Below are positions 1 through 13,100 of a DNA stretch of 64,000 bases, piece after piece. The position numbers and the translations under genes were made by a program. Each line of letters begins with the position of its first letter. The first letter of the stretch is position 1. Source of the stretch: an uncultured Clostridia bacterium (GTDB taxonomy: Bacteria; Bacillota; Clostridia; TANB77; CAG-508); contig CANPZF010000004.1 in NCBI GenBank assembly GCA_947589015.1, forward strand, positions 8,726-72,725, read 5' to 3'. The notes beneath the pieces were generated by a model. That model saw only the letters and a list, made by a program, of their open reading frames with translations. It did no database searches and had not been told where the DNA came from.

Positions 1-159
1 AAAATATTGATATAGTTTTAAATCCTTTTCTTTATTAAATATTTTCAAACTACTATTTTTATCTTTTAACATTTTTAACAAAAATTTTTGATATTTACTT
101 TCCTTTATTACAAAAGGATGTATAAAATAGCTATATTGATAGTTCGTCTTTAGTTCCAT
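1..159 (-). CDS. hypothetical protein, 5' part only (runs off window start)
   Basis: ATG at 159-157 opens an uninterrupted minus-strand frame to position 1 (MELKTNYQYSYFIHPFVIKESKYQKF...). No clear RBS. Too short or partial for the ORF track. Confidence 0.25.
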   Translation of the reverse strand, partial: MELKTNYQYSYFIHPFVIKESKYQKFLLKMLKDKNSSLKIFNKEKDLKLYQYF

Positions 160-242
160 TTTTTACTAATTAATGTTAGTTTTTTATCTAACATATTTCC
201 TTTCTTTCTTATATATTTGTTCACATTTTACATTATATGCTA

Positions 243-1776
243 TTAATTTTGTTGGTCATTGTAATAATTCATATTTTTATCTTTTCCTAGATGCCATTTT
301 CCAATAAAGTCAATTATTAAATAATCATCTAAATTATATGTTGGTTCTATTACAACTTCTCCTTTATTGTTAATACTTCCCCATTTGCCATCTTTTTTAA
401 TTCCCACAAATCCATATTCATTTTGCTCAGTTGCATCATCATACTGATAATCTACTACAACTTCTCCTTGTTTGTTTACAAATCCATATTTACCTTCCTT
501 TTTGCTTAAAAATAATGTATTAGAAGATAATATATCTGTCTCGCTTTTCTCTTCAAATTTAAAATTATAATACTTATATTCCTCATCTTGTCTTAATTCA
601 AAATATCCTTTTTCAGAATTAAATTCTATTAAAATTCCTTTTTGCTTTATTTCAAAATTATTATTCATTATGTTACTATTAAATTCAGTGTCTTCAGCAA
701 TATATATATCTGCTGATTCTTGATACATAATATCTTCATATTGATATGGTACTTTTTCGTTTTGGGCATTATCTATTATCCCTACTTTTCCATCCTTTTT
801 TGCTATATATACTCCTTGTTTAACTTCTTTTAAATCATCATAAACTGGTTCGATTTGAACTTCTCCTGAGAAATTCATTACTCCACATTTACTATTTTTT
901 ACATATATAAGTCCTGCATTTTGTTGCTTTAATATATGTTTTACTTCATCAAATCCTTGTGCTAATACAACTTCTCCATTTTTTCTAACTATTTCTTTTT
1001 TACCATTTTCAGTAACAACATATAAATCATTTCCATAAACTCTATCAATTTTATCATATTTTGTTTCTAAAATTTGTTGTCCAAAATAATCTAAAATGCC
1101 ATATAAATTGTTTTCACCTTTTACTATATATCCTTCTTTGTATTCTTTTCCTAAATTAGTTATTTCTGCATAGGTAGTTTCAATCACTTCTTTTCCTTCA
1201 TTATTGATCAAACCATACTTGCCATCTTTTTTTATTGTTAAAACACCTTCTACACCTAATATTGGTGTGATTTCTTCATATTCTATAGGTAATATTTCTT
1301 TTCCTGATAAATCTATAATACCATATTTACCATTATTTTCTACTTTTAATATATTTTCCTCGTACCATAAATTATTATTATCATCTTTATTTGATATTGC
1401 TTCTATTTTTTCATATTCTTTAAGTATTTCTTCGTTGCCCTTATTTAATACCTTAGTTTTATATGTGCCTGTGTCATAGTTCACATCATAGGTACATAAG
1501 AAGACATCACTTTTACTATTGGGAATTATAATCATTTCTTGATACGATGGTTCTATTACTGTATTTCCGTAAAGAATCTATAACTCCCCATTTGTTGTCT
1601 TTCCATACAGTAAAGTAACTTTGACTACTTATCTTCCCTCCCAAATTACTTTCTTTTGTTAATATTCCATTTATCATATATATAGACATCATAATAACTA
1701 TTAAAGCTACTATTACTGCTACAACCTTTTTTTTGTTTAATTTTTTCGGTTCTTCATATCTTCTTCCCCTACTCAT
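243..1776 (-). CDS. membrane-anchored WG-repeat (KWG-type) protein, split into two frames by a 1-nt break at 1567-1569
   Basis: ORFs 1516..1776 (basic N-terminus, TM segment, first repeat FTVWKDNKWGVIDS) and 243..1535 (about 10 repeats of the type KYGIIDxxGKEVIEPxYEEI). Skipping the C of TTA-CGG-AAA gives WGVIDSLGNTVIEPSYQEM, a perfect repeat unit. Confidence 0.75.
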
Positions 1777-1788
1777 ATAAGCCTCCTA

Positions 1789-4221
1789 CTATATATCCTT
1801 CTCCATAAATTTGCATACTATAATACTCATATCATCTTTTACTTTTCCAAAGCTATTGTCTATAGCTTCATTTAATACAATATCAGCTATTTTTTTAGTG
1901 TTACTTGTTCCTATATCTTCTAATAAATACTTAATCCATAATTCTTTGTTTTTATATTCTACATTTGAATCTAACACTCCGTCTGTGCACATAAATAAAA
2001 TTTCTCCACTTTGTATATCTCTGTCAAAAACTTCTAAATTGTATTTATTTACAATTCCAACTGGCAAAGAATTTGATTTTATAATTTGAACTTTCTTTTT
2101 ATTTTTTACATACGTTGGACAAGCTCCACTTTTTATAAACTCTATATTTCCTTTATATAAATCTATAATGGCAACATCTAGTGTTGCAAACATTTCTTCA
2201 TTTTGATTAATTAATGTTGTTGTAATAATTTCCATGGAACTATTTCTGTCAAATCCTGATAATAGTAAATTTTCTAGCATCTTTAAAACCTGCGTACTAC
2301 TTTCATTTGCTTGTTTTCCTGACCCCATTCCATCACTTAACGCAACCAAATATTTACCATCTTTTAGTCTTATACAAAGTTTTTCATCTCCAGATATACT
2401 ATTTTGACTTTTTGTTATCTCTGAAGTTCCTATACCCATTACATATTTATCATCTGATAAATAACTCATTTTATGTCCTACACTATTATCTTGATTAAAT
2501 ACTATTTTCTCCCCTAAAACTTTCGTTAAAATATCCTCTGCAATTTTAGGTTCAAAAATTTGATTTGTATATATTTCTATTAAAAATCTATCTTCTCTTT
2601 TTATGCCTATTTCTTCAATAGTTATATCTTTTTGTTTTAATAGTTCTATTATCTGTGCTTCTGGCTTTTGATATTGATTTTCTATTTCTACTTCTTTTTG
2701 TATATCTTTTGCTATTCCAGATATTGCTTTAGAAACTCCATTTAATTGTTCTTTCATGTTTTTCTTATTTTCTTGTATTTTTTGCATCCATATAAAATTA
2801 GATTTACTAATTCTATATGCTGTGTTTATTGACCTTATCATTTGTGATATATTTTGTTCTAAATATTTACTTACTTCTTTGTCATCAAAACCTACTATGT
2901 AACTATTACAATTAGCAAATATTTCTAATAAAGCTTCTCTAGTAATCTCTTGTTTATTTAACAAATAATTAAATATCTCATCTATAATTTTTCCTTCTGT
3001 ATTTGCTAAATCTTCATATAATATGTTTTCTTTATATGGTTCTATCCAATCTAGTAATTCAGTAACAAATATTTGTTTATTTTTTTCTCTACCTGTATTT
3101 GTTTTATATGTTATTTCATTTTCTTGATAATTTTTAGCCATTTGTTTTAATGTATCTGATACATTATTTAATTTATTTACAGTTTCTTTGCTCTTTGTTA
3201 GGGTTCTTTCATTTCCTACTGGAAAAAACTTTGCGTTTTTTACAAAGTCCTCTATATCTATTTGAATTGTTTTTGGTATAGCTAATAATGCTATAGATGC
3301 AATTAATATTTCTTTAAAGTGTATTAATTCTACTGTATATCCATTTGAAACATATGCCAATACTACATTTCCTATACAAAATCCAAAAATAACTCCTATT
3401 TTTCCAAATCTGTTTAATATTCCTGCAATCATACCAGATATTGCATATGCCGCTATCATTATAGGCTCACTACCTGTTATTATTCCTAATGTTACCCCTA
3501 TTGTAACTCCTGAGGTTGTACCTATTAGAACTCCATTTTTCCAACCTAATACCAATACTATTAATATACTTAAAATGTTTCTAATTGAAAAGTTGAAAAC
3601 TGAAAAATCAGAAAAGCAACTAACTGCTATTGCTAACAATAGACTTGTTCCTATAACTTCTTCTATTGAAAATGCTCTTTTTTCTCCAATATTTTCTAAT
3701 ACACTTATTGAATTTACAAATATTTTATAAAATACTACGGTAATTATTGCAAATGTTATACTAATTAAAATGTCATATATTGTAAAAGTTGACATTGCAC
3801 TTTTAGCAAACTGTACTAAAAGTGTAGAAATAAATATATTTTTAGCTACTTTTATTTTTTCATTTTTATCATCTTCATTAATTTTAGGTTTAAACATAAA
3901 TAATGTTGCCACCATTACTAAAATAGTTAATAAATAATTTAATGCTCCTCCTGTTCCAAATTTTATAGCATTTCCTATAGTTGCAACAATCACTATTCCT
4001 AATAGTGGAATTGAATTTGCAAAACTTGCTCCTACTATACTTATACTAAATGGTGATACTTCACCAGTTAATCCTACTGTTGATACCATTAAAGAAATTA
4101 TGTACAAAAATACATATTTTTTATCAAATATATTTGATAATATATTTATTTTTTTATTTTTTTCAAAGTTTCCTGTGCTATCTATTGTTTGTTCTCCTAA
4201 ATTTTGAAACATCCTTACCAC
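1789..4221 (-). CDS. spoIIE: stage II sporulation protein E (membrane PP2C phosphatase)
   Basis: 810 aa. About 10 N-terminal TM segments, a central regulatory region and a C-terminal PP2C domain (LSDGMGSGKQA ... CTDGVLD ... KDDMSIIV). Confidence 0.9.
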   Translation of the reverse strand: MVRMFQNLGEQTIDSTGNFEKNKKINILSNIFDKKYVFLYIISLMVSTVGLTGEVSPFSISIVGASFANSIPLLGIVIVATIGNAIKFGTGGALNYLLTILVMVATLFMFKPKINEDDKNEKIKVAKNIFISTLLVQFAKSAMSTFTIYDILISITFAIITVVFYKIFVNSISVLENIGEKRAFSIEEVIGTSLLLAIAVSCFSDFSVFNFSIRNILSILIVLVLGWKNGVLIGTTSGVTIGVTLGIITGSEPIMIAAYAISGMIAGILNRFGKIGVIFGFCIGNVVLAYVSNGYTVELIHFKEILIASIALLAIPKTIQIDIEDFVKNAKFFPVGNERTLTKSKETVNKLNNVSDTLKQMAKNYQENEITYKTNTGREKNKQIFVTELLDWIEPYKENILYEDLANTEGKIIDEIFNYLLNKQEITREALLEIFANCNSYIVGFDDKEVSKYLEQNISQMIRSINTAYRISKSNFIWMQKIQENKKNMKEQLNGVSKAISGIAKDIQKEVEIENQYQKPEAQIIELLKQKDITIEEIGIKREDRFLIEIYTNQIFEPKIAEDILTKVLGEKIVFNQDNSVGHKMSYLSDDKYVMGIGTSEITKSQNSISGDEKLCIRLKDGKYLVALSDGMGSGKQANESSTQVLKMLENLLLSGFDRNSSMEIITTTLINQNEEMFATLDVAIIDLYKGNIEFIKSGACPTYVKNKKKVQIIKSNSLPVGIVNKYNLEVFDRDIQSGEILFMCTDGVLDSNVEYKNKELWIKYLLEDIGTSNTKKIADIVLNEAIDNSFGKVKDDMSIIVCKFMEKDI

Positions 4222-4400
4222 CTCTTCCTACTTTATTGCACATATTTTACACCTTGTCCTTTGTGGTTTTTGTCTTTTTTGGTAAGTTAATCTTTAAAAG
4301 TTTTTTACATTTTTTGATATATATTACTTTTTATTTGTGTTCTATACTATTTTACGCCTTTTATTTTATTACAGAATGTAAAAAAAAGCAATAATATTTG

Positions 4401-4439
4401 AAAAAAAGAAAGATATGTTTTACATATCTTTCTTTTTTT
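4401..4439. terminator. bidirectional rho-independent terminator
   Basis: 12-bp perfect stem aagaaagatatg (4406-4417) / catatctttctt (4423-4434), with an A-run before and a T-run after. Lies between the adhesin stop (4446) and the spoIIE start. Confidence 0.75.
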
Positions 4440-4445
4440 GAACAA

Positions 4446-7400
4446 TTATTTTCTTAGTACTTTTTTCTTTATTAGTATTATTCCTGTTCCTAAGATAGCT
4501 AATGTACTAACTGCTATAGCTATTATTAATGCATAGTTTCTATTTCCACCCATTACTGGTGTAATTATTACTGTTTCTGATGTATCATATAGCTTTAATT
4601 CTTCATCATAATTTTTTTGTTTTAAATTAGGTATTGAACCACCATTTTTCTCAATTCTAGTTATTTCTGCTTCATTGTCTAATTCAATTTCATCTGAACT
4701 TGCTAACATTTTTGTTGCTTCAAATGTTTCTTCATGCGTTTGTCCTGGTAAAATATCTTTAAACCTATCACTAAATACTATTATTCTATTTGCAAAGTTT
4801 TCTGTTCTAGTTTGTTGTGTTTCTTTATACCAATTTGTTCTGGTTTGCTGTTCAGTACTATAAAATTTATACTCTTTCTCAATAGATGTTCCAGAAGGGT
4901 CAAGACTATTTACTTTCTTTCTAAATTCTTGTACTGTCATAGGTCCAACTTCTTCTTCATATTCTTCTCTAGTTTTTGTTACCCATCCTGTATTTGTATC
5001 TGAAGATGTTAACTCACTATCCAAATAATCATATACACCATTAGCAGATAATGTTACTTCTGGTCCTGTTTGTTCACCATAAGTGTAGAACGCTTCAGAA
5101 ACAAAATCTTTTTCACTACAATTTTTTACTGCAATTTTATAAGTTATTATTATCCTTGAATTTTGAATTAATTCAGTATCTAATTCTACTTTTATCTTTC
5201 CTTCATTATTGTTAACTGGTGCAAGATATACAGCTAATCCTCCTGTTTCACCTACTAATTTTCCATTTGTTTGATCTACATCTGCATCTACCAATGTAGT
5301 TGTATCATCTGGAAGTATTATTTTTATATGGCTTACTTTTTTATCAATAGCCATTGCTTGTCTAGCTCTTTCTACAATACCAAAGTCAATATTTTTAACT
5401 TCATAAGTATATTTGTCTCCACTAGAAGCTGTTGTTACTGTTTCATATTCTACATTAAATTCCATCTCAGGTGTTGTTGAATTCATTGTTGTAATTTTAG
5501 TTTCATTGTCTATCGCTGTGTAATCAACTGTATTATTTGCTATACTTCCATTTTTAGTAAAGCCAATTGAAGGAATTTTACTTGTTTGATCATCAATTTC
5601 TTTTCTCGTTGTATAATTATCAATTGCATCAGATAAACGTGTATCTATATTTGTCTTATACCAATATTTATCACCTTGATTTGTATTATATCTATTTCTG
5701 TCATTATATATTGTTGCTTTATATTGTTGTACTGGATATTCTACATTTCCCCATGTATACGTTATATCATATTGTCCTGGTATAAATCCTGATATTTTGA
5801 AATCTCCATTTGAACCTGTTGTTACAGTATATACTTGATTACTTCCCGTTTTTTCTTTTAGTGTTACTGTTACATTTGCAATTCCACTTTCTCCGTCTTT
5901 ATATTCACCATCACCTTGTCTTATTTCTCCAGTTTTTATATCTGCTCCGTTTGAAGTTGAATCTTCAAATACTTTTCCTGTTAGCTCTCTTGCATCTGCT
6001 AATTCTAATTTTAGATCTGGAGCTCTATCTGTATCATCTTCAAATGTTGTTATATCAGTTGGATCTGCATCCCCTGGTACTGATCTATCATCAAATCCTG
6101 CATATATTCCACCTGCACTATCATATGTTGAATATGATAATATTTCTGCAACATTTTTTAATGATTTTTGTCCATTTATTAATCCTAAAACTCTGTCTTT
6201 ACTTAATTCAAATTTTAAATAATATGTTGGACTTTCTCCTCCGCTACTTATTTTATCTCCAATGTCTAAAACAACTTTAGCATATCCTCCGTTATTATAG
6301 TTTGAATCTATATGAATCTTATCTGCAGATAATGCATTTGGTAGATTTCCTTTTTCATCTGGTTCTGATGTACTTACTGAATCTAGTTTAAACTCATTAT
6401 CATAGTAATCTACAATTTGGTGTACTTGTGATGTTAATTCTTGTGATTCATTTAATACTTTTATTTTATATATCATAAATATTTGTAAATCGGGATTAGC
6501 ATTTCCTGGTTCTTGATAGGTTATATCAGACTCATAAATTGCTCTTTTATATGTATCTGGTATATATTGACTTTCAAATTTAACACCTACATTGAATCCT
6601 CCATTATATCCGTTTACTGCTTCTCTATAACTTTCTTGTGTGTGTGTGGTTCCAAAATCTTCTTCTCCATTTGTATTAACAGCCGCTCTTATTGCTGGAA
6701 CATCCTTTTGACTATAATAATATGTGTGCCAATATCCATTTATTCCTAAAGTAGTATTATTTAAATCTTTTGTTAATGACATTCTAGGTTGAGCTCTTCT
6801 TTGTATTCCAAGATTTATGTATTTTAATTCTTTTATGTATTTTAACTCTTGTTTACCCTTTACACGATTTTCTTCTATATCATATCCTGCTTTCTTTGTA
6901 TCTGCTGTTATTAACCAATTACTATCATAATTAACTGTTGCTCTATAATTTGGTTTGTCTCTAGTATATGATAATTCATGAGATGCTCCATTATCCTCTA
7001 TTCTTTGTAGTCCTGTATCATTTGTAGGATTTACATTAGAACCATCTACCTTTGCAAATTTTCTATTAAATATGTCTCTATTTTCACCTTCTATTGCTTT
7101 TGAACCATTATCTTTGTCTAAGTGTGGTGTTACATTTGTCCATGTCATTCCATCATATTCAAATTCTATATAGCATTCATCTAATACTGAATCTGCTCTT
7201 TCTATATCATCTTCATCATATATGCTAACTTTCTTAAATACATATACCCCTTCATAAATTCCATCTGATGCATAATTATCTAATGCTTGTGTTTGTGTTT
7301 CAGCTATTGCTGTTCCATTTCTCATTAATCTAACTGTAACTCCATTTAATAATATATCTTTATTATCAAATTCGTCATCGTGATATAATGCATTTCTTAA

Positions 7401-10146
7401 AGATTCTTTTCCTGCATTTTCATCTACCCATACATATCCTGATAAATCTATATATATTTGTATATTTACTATTTCTTTAGTTAGTGTACTATCTTTTGAT
7501 ACAGTTATGGTTAATTCATTGTTTTTATCAAATTCATAGTATTCATCGGTTTGAACCTCTATTATATCATATTCTCCTACATATAAATCTTCAAGGAATA
7601 TTTCACCATTATCATCAGTTGTAAATATCGTTCCTTCTGCATTTTCATCCTCTACATAATCAATTGTTCCATCTGGTTTTCTTTGTACATACCAACCTGT
7701 TAACTTATCTCTAAATCTAAATTGAACTCCTTTTAGTTTTATTTCATGATTATCTCTATCTATCTTAATAATTTTTAAGTGTCCTTTTTGTCTTACATTT
7801 GGTATTTTATAATCATATGGCGCTGAATCTAAATCTGGTGTTCCATCTTCCTTACGTTGTTTTGCCGTTACTGTAAATGGATCACACACTTGATAATTTG
7901 GTGGGGCTTGTATTTCTATTGCTGTATAATCACCAACATATAATGGATGATCGTTAGATACAGTCAATATAGTTATTTTTCCATTTTCATCTGTTACAAA
8001 TTTTGCTTCTTCTCCGTCATAATTTTCAGTATAATAAATTTCTCCATTTGCTCTTCTATTTACATACCAACCAGTTATATTATCTTTAAATACAAACACT
8101 GCTCCTGCAACTGGTGTTTTTCTATCTGCTTCATCTACTTTGTAAATTTCCATGTCACCTACGAATCTTTCGTTATCAATAGTATATGTACCTGGTGTTG
8201 GTTCTTCTTTTGTTGCTATAACTATAAAAGGTTCTTCCAATCGTTTATAAAGTGGTGGTGCTTCCACCTCTGTTACTGTATATTCACCACAAGGAATTGG
8301 ATCAACTTTTATTATTCCATCTTCGCCAGTTACAAAGTATCCCTCATCACTCACAATAGTTTCTTCTTCATAAAGTGTTCCATCTGCTTTTCTATGTACA
8401 AATTTTTTAGTAATGTTATCATAAATTGTGAATTTTGCTCCTTTAACTGGTGTAATATGATTTAATTTATCTACTTTATAGAATATTAATTTCCCTGGAT
8501 ATCTTGGTTCATCTACTACATAAGTACGTGGCTCTAAATTTTGTTTTGCTTCAACTTCTAGATTTTCTATAGCTTTATAATAATCATTAGGTGTCTCAAC
8601 TTCGGTTGCTATATAAGTTCCAACTGGTACATTCTCTATTGATATTCTTCCTTCTGAATCTGTTTCAAATTGAGCTCTAGCTTCTCTCCAATCCGAAGTC
8701 ACCCCAACTGTGCCATCATTGTCTCTATACAAATACTTACCTGTAATTTTGTCTTTAAATACAAATACAGCTCTTTCTACAGGTGTTTCATGATCTGCAG
8801 CATCAACTTTATAAATTTCTAGTTTTCCTGGCTTCCTTGGGTTCTTTGCCGTACAAGTTAAAGTATTACCAGCATTAAGAATAATTGCTTCATTGTCTCT
8901 TTTTATATATTTTTTTGCAGGTACTTCAACCGTTTCACCGTGCATCGTTTACAGTTTTATAAGTAGCTCCATCTAATGGTGTTCTCTCTATTATTGTATA
9001 ATTACCTGCTAATAGATTTTCAACATAAATTTCTCCGTCAGTGCCACCTTCACCCGTAACAAATATTGCATCAGAATTATCAGGATTTTCTTTTCGTGTT
9101 CCATCTTTACCAATATACTTTTCAGTCTGGCTATCGTAAATATTAAAACATACACCGTTTATTCTAGTTGAATTATCAGTTTCATCAACTTTAATAATCT
9201 TTAAATTAGATAATGGGATGTCATAATTTATATTAAGTTTATCATTTTCAGGAACTGTTCCAGTATCTCTTGCATAGATCAAGTTCTGATAACCACTTAT
9301 CCCAGCTTTAAACCACCACATGTCAACAGATCTTTTATTTCCTGGAAATGTATTTTCCATATGAACTTTTATTTTTCTGTTATCTGATGTTACTTGGCTT
9401 TGAGGAATATATATCCAGAACTTACCTTCACTTGTAACTTGACCCATTTCCCATTGCTCATCTCCTTTTCCAACATAAGCACCAGGAATGACTTCATTAG
9501 TTTCTCGATTTCTTATTTCAAAATTCGTAAGCGTTCCATCATAAAATACTTGAAAAGGACCAAATTTCCAATAGTCAGTTCCTTTTCTTTTACATTCAAC
9601 TTTACTGTAGTCAGTTATATCCTCTATTCCTTCTGAATTATCGTGAAAAGAATTCATATATTCATTTATACTATTCTCAACCTCAGACGGCATACTAACA
9701 TAATCCCCATCAAAACTAATATATCCAATTCTGCTAAACTGATGACCTGATTCATTATACCAAGTTTTAACATAGTTCCAAATACCTTCCTGACTAGATT
9801 GCCAATTTTGATTAGCGTATAACAATATTGCAGCTAATTTAGCATTTGCCTTATTTTTATTACTGGTACCATCACTACTAGTACATTTTTTTCCCTCAAT
9901 AGTTAGTTTGTCTACCAACGTATAGCTACAATCTCCACCACTATTTCCTTTATTCAAGCAATACAATTTTCCTCTATTACCATTACGCTTATAGCGCATC
10001 GTGTCTCCCAATTGATAACTATATATGTTATCTTCAGATGTTTCATCAAATTCTCCCCAGTCTTTTGCAAAAGTTTCTGTGTTAATTCCCAAAATAACCG
10101 CTAATGATATTGTTATTACAAGTATTAATTTATTTATCTTATTCAT
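4446..10146 (-). CDS. giant surface adhesin: signal peptide, thioester domain, repeated Cna-B/SpaA-type domains, SdrD-B-like domains, C-terminal membrane anchor. Split by a 1-nt break at 8938-8940.
   Basis: ORF 8935..10146 has the signal peptide MNKINKLILVITISLAVILGINTETFA and thioester-type motifs (KLYCLNKG ... SSQEGIWNY). ORF 4446..8945 lacks any signal peptide and starts in the middle of a repeat. At least 6 repeats fit GKLxIYKVD...G.Y...E. The protein ends in a hydrophobic stretch plus KKKVLRK. Skipping the C of GCA-CGG-TGA gives continuous ...YKTVNDAGETVEVPAKK.... Confidence 0.8.
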
Positions 10147-10171
10147 ATTTATAACCTCCTTTCTTCAAAAT

Positions 10172-13100
10172 TTAAATCTTTTCTATTTTTTTTTCGTTTT
10201 TATTTCTTTGTTTTTTTACTACTATAACGGCAACACTTAATATTGCTATAATACTAAATATAATTATACTATAATATAATATTTTTCCTGTTTTTATACT
10301 AATTAGCAAATCTGCTGATGATATATCATTTTCTCCATCTGCTCTATTTGCTGGTGTTGAATTTAAATCTTTCAATCCTAATTCATTATAGTCTTCTGCT
10401 ATTTCTGCTGTATTACTAACTCGTCCTGTATTATTTTCTGTCATCGCTTTTGTTACAGTTAATGTTATTTCTTTTGTTTGCCCTGCTGATATTTTTTCAT
10501 TTGCCAACGAAGTATTATATAAACTATTTCCTGATTGATACCAGTCTTTATTCATTTCTGAACTAAATTTGAAGTCTGCTGGTAAATAATCTACTATATT
10601 TTTAGCATATCCTTCTACTTCTCCTACATTGCTAACTTTTATTTTATATTCAACTACAACATTTGTATTTTTTAATAATTTTGCATCTATCTCTACTTTT
10701 GCTAAATTAGTATTTTCATATTCTCTTACTGTTGTTCCTGAAGTGTTTTGAACTATAACTTTACTTATATATTTTTCAAGTTTTAAATCAAAATCTTTTA
10801 ATTTTACAAGTCCTATATTTACACCATCTATATTATCATCTTCTATTTGTATTACATCTGTAGCCGCTACTTCCTTTGTTTCTTTTTCTATTACTAATTG
10901 GTTCTTTATAACATCTGAATTTTCTCTTTCTGTAACATCTTTTGCTTTATATTCTGTTAATCCATATTGTGTTTTGTCATAATCAAATATTAGCATATAC
11001 TTACCTTTTCCTATATTATTTAATAAATATGTTCCTGTATCATCTGTCACTGCTTGCACATTTTTTACTAATTGATTCGTTTCTACATTCAATACACTTA
11101 CTTTTATTCCTTTTAATTTTTCTTCACTTAAATCCTTTTTTCCATTTTCATTTGCATCATACCATGCAACACCTGTTATTGATTTTGTTTGTGTATTTTC
11201 TGGATTTGTTGGATTACTTGGGGTATTTGGATTTGTTGGGTTGCTTGGATTATCCGAATCACTTGGATTATTTTGGTTATTTGGATTACTTGGATTTGTT
11301 GGATTACTTGGATTGCTTGGATTTGTTGGATTACTTGGGGTATTTGGATTTGTTGGGTTGCTTGGATTATCCGAATCACTTGGATTATTTGGGTTATTTG
11401 GATTATTCTGAACACTTGGAGGTGGTACATCATCTGGATTTGTTGGAGCATCTGGATACGTACTATCATCTGGTTCAGGTTCCGCATTTGCCTCTATTAC
11501 ATGTACAATTTTATCTGTTTGCGCAACAGTTTCACTTAAAATTCGTGCTTCTGCTTGATTTTCTATTTGCCTTGGCTCGGTTAATTCCATATTATCTACT
11601 TTAGCTAATATTTTTATGTCAGCTTCTTTATTTCCTTCTAAGTCTATACTTAAATTAATAGAGTTTTTAGTTACATTCTTTTCTTCTCCATCTACAGTTA
11701 TTTTCTGAATAGCTAATTCACTTGGTAATTCATCTATCATTTCTAATGCATATATACTTTCATCTTTATTATTTTTTAGATTAATAGAATATTCTATCAT
11801 ATTTTCTACTTCTATATATTTTTCTTCAACATTAGATGTCATTGTTATATCAACATCATAATTATTTACTACTTGTCTCCATACATTTGAACGATATTCT
11901 TCTTCACCATCTTTTACAACAGAATAAACATCTAAACTAGTTGTACTAATTATATTGCCAATTAATATTGAATAGTATAAAATTTTATTTTCTCCTGCAT
12001 TTAATGAACCTATATTAATTTCTTCACTATATTCTATTTTTTCTTCTTTTGTATTTTCATTCCTTGGTACATCAATATATTTTCCTGTAACTTCATCATC
12101 TCGTATATTTTCATCCTTAATGTCTATATCTTCATAACCAGTAAGAATACTTGCACTTTGCACTTTCATTTGTTCTGGTATAAAAGATTTAACTTTAACA
12201 TCATCTTTCTTGGTTTCTGACATATTTTCTACTATTAAATAATATGAAATTGTTCCTAATGGTTTTATTTCTATTTCTCTATCTGTTACTCTTTTTAAAG
12301 AAACTCGTATATCTCCTCGTTCTGCATTTACAGAAATTTTTTCTGACTCTTTTTTTATATCATTATAAGAAACTTTATAACTATACTCAATTGCTTTGTT
12401 ATCAGCTATGTCTTTTTTTACTCTTACTTCATATTCTGTCTCTACTTTATCTCCAACTTTTAAATCTTGTATTTTAGCTGAATAATTATCCTTCTCTATT
12501 TCCTTATAATAACCTGATCCTGTATATTCATAATATGGTTTAGGTTCTACATATACTGTTCCTTCTGGAATAGGTGCTTCTAATACTCCTTCTTTTATAT
12601 CCTCTGTTCCTACATTTGTTACTGTAAGATGATATTTTATTACTTCACCTGCTCTTACTGTATCTCCATTTTTTAGTTGTGTATTACCTACACTTGCGCT
12701 TACTTCAAGTTTTGCACTTGCTCCTTCTCCTGTTGTCATATTAATAACAGATGATTTTGCTTCAGATTGCATATTACTTATTCCATCTGTAAACTCTACA
12801 TCATAAGCTATATTAGCTCCTTGATTGTAGTCTAATCCTTCTGGAATTTCAGCTTTATAATTTGCTATTACACCTTCTTGATTTTTTAATTCATCTATTG
12901 TTATTAAGTATTTCTTAGCTTTGCTTATATCTTGTATATTCTCTTCCCAACCATTTTCTTCATTTGATAGGTTCGTATTTGCTTTTTCATTCTCTGTATA
13001 ATAAACTTTTACTCCTTCTTTTTCTGGTATTTCTATTCCTCTTGTTAGTTTAATTCCTGCATTATTTTGTGCTCCATCAGTTGGAAAATCTCCAATTACT

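Noticed and set aside
5810-6280. Many plus-strand ORFs in the track lie antisense to the big minus-strand genes. Examples are 5810..6280, 7947..8465, 10942..11604, 11189..11539, 26176..26466, 32976..33374, 35306..35623, 42928..43485 and 45515..45787.
   Set aside because: They are Leu/Phe/Ile/Tyr-rich low-complexity translations of AT-rich antisense sequence. They have no RBS and overlap fully with well-supported genes, so they are treated as spurious.
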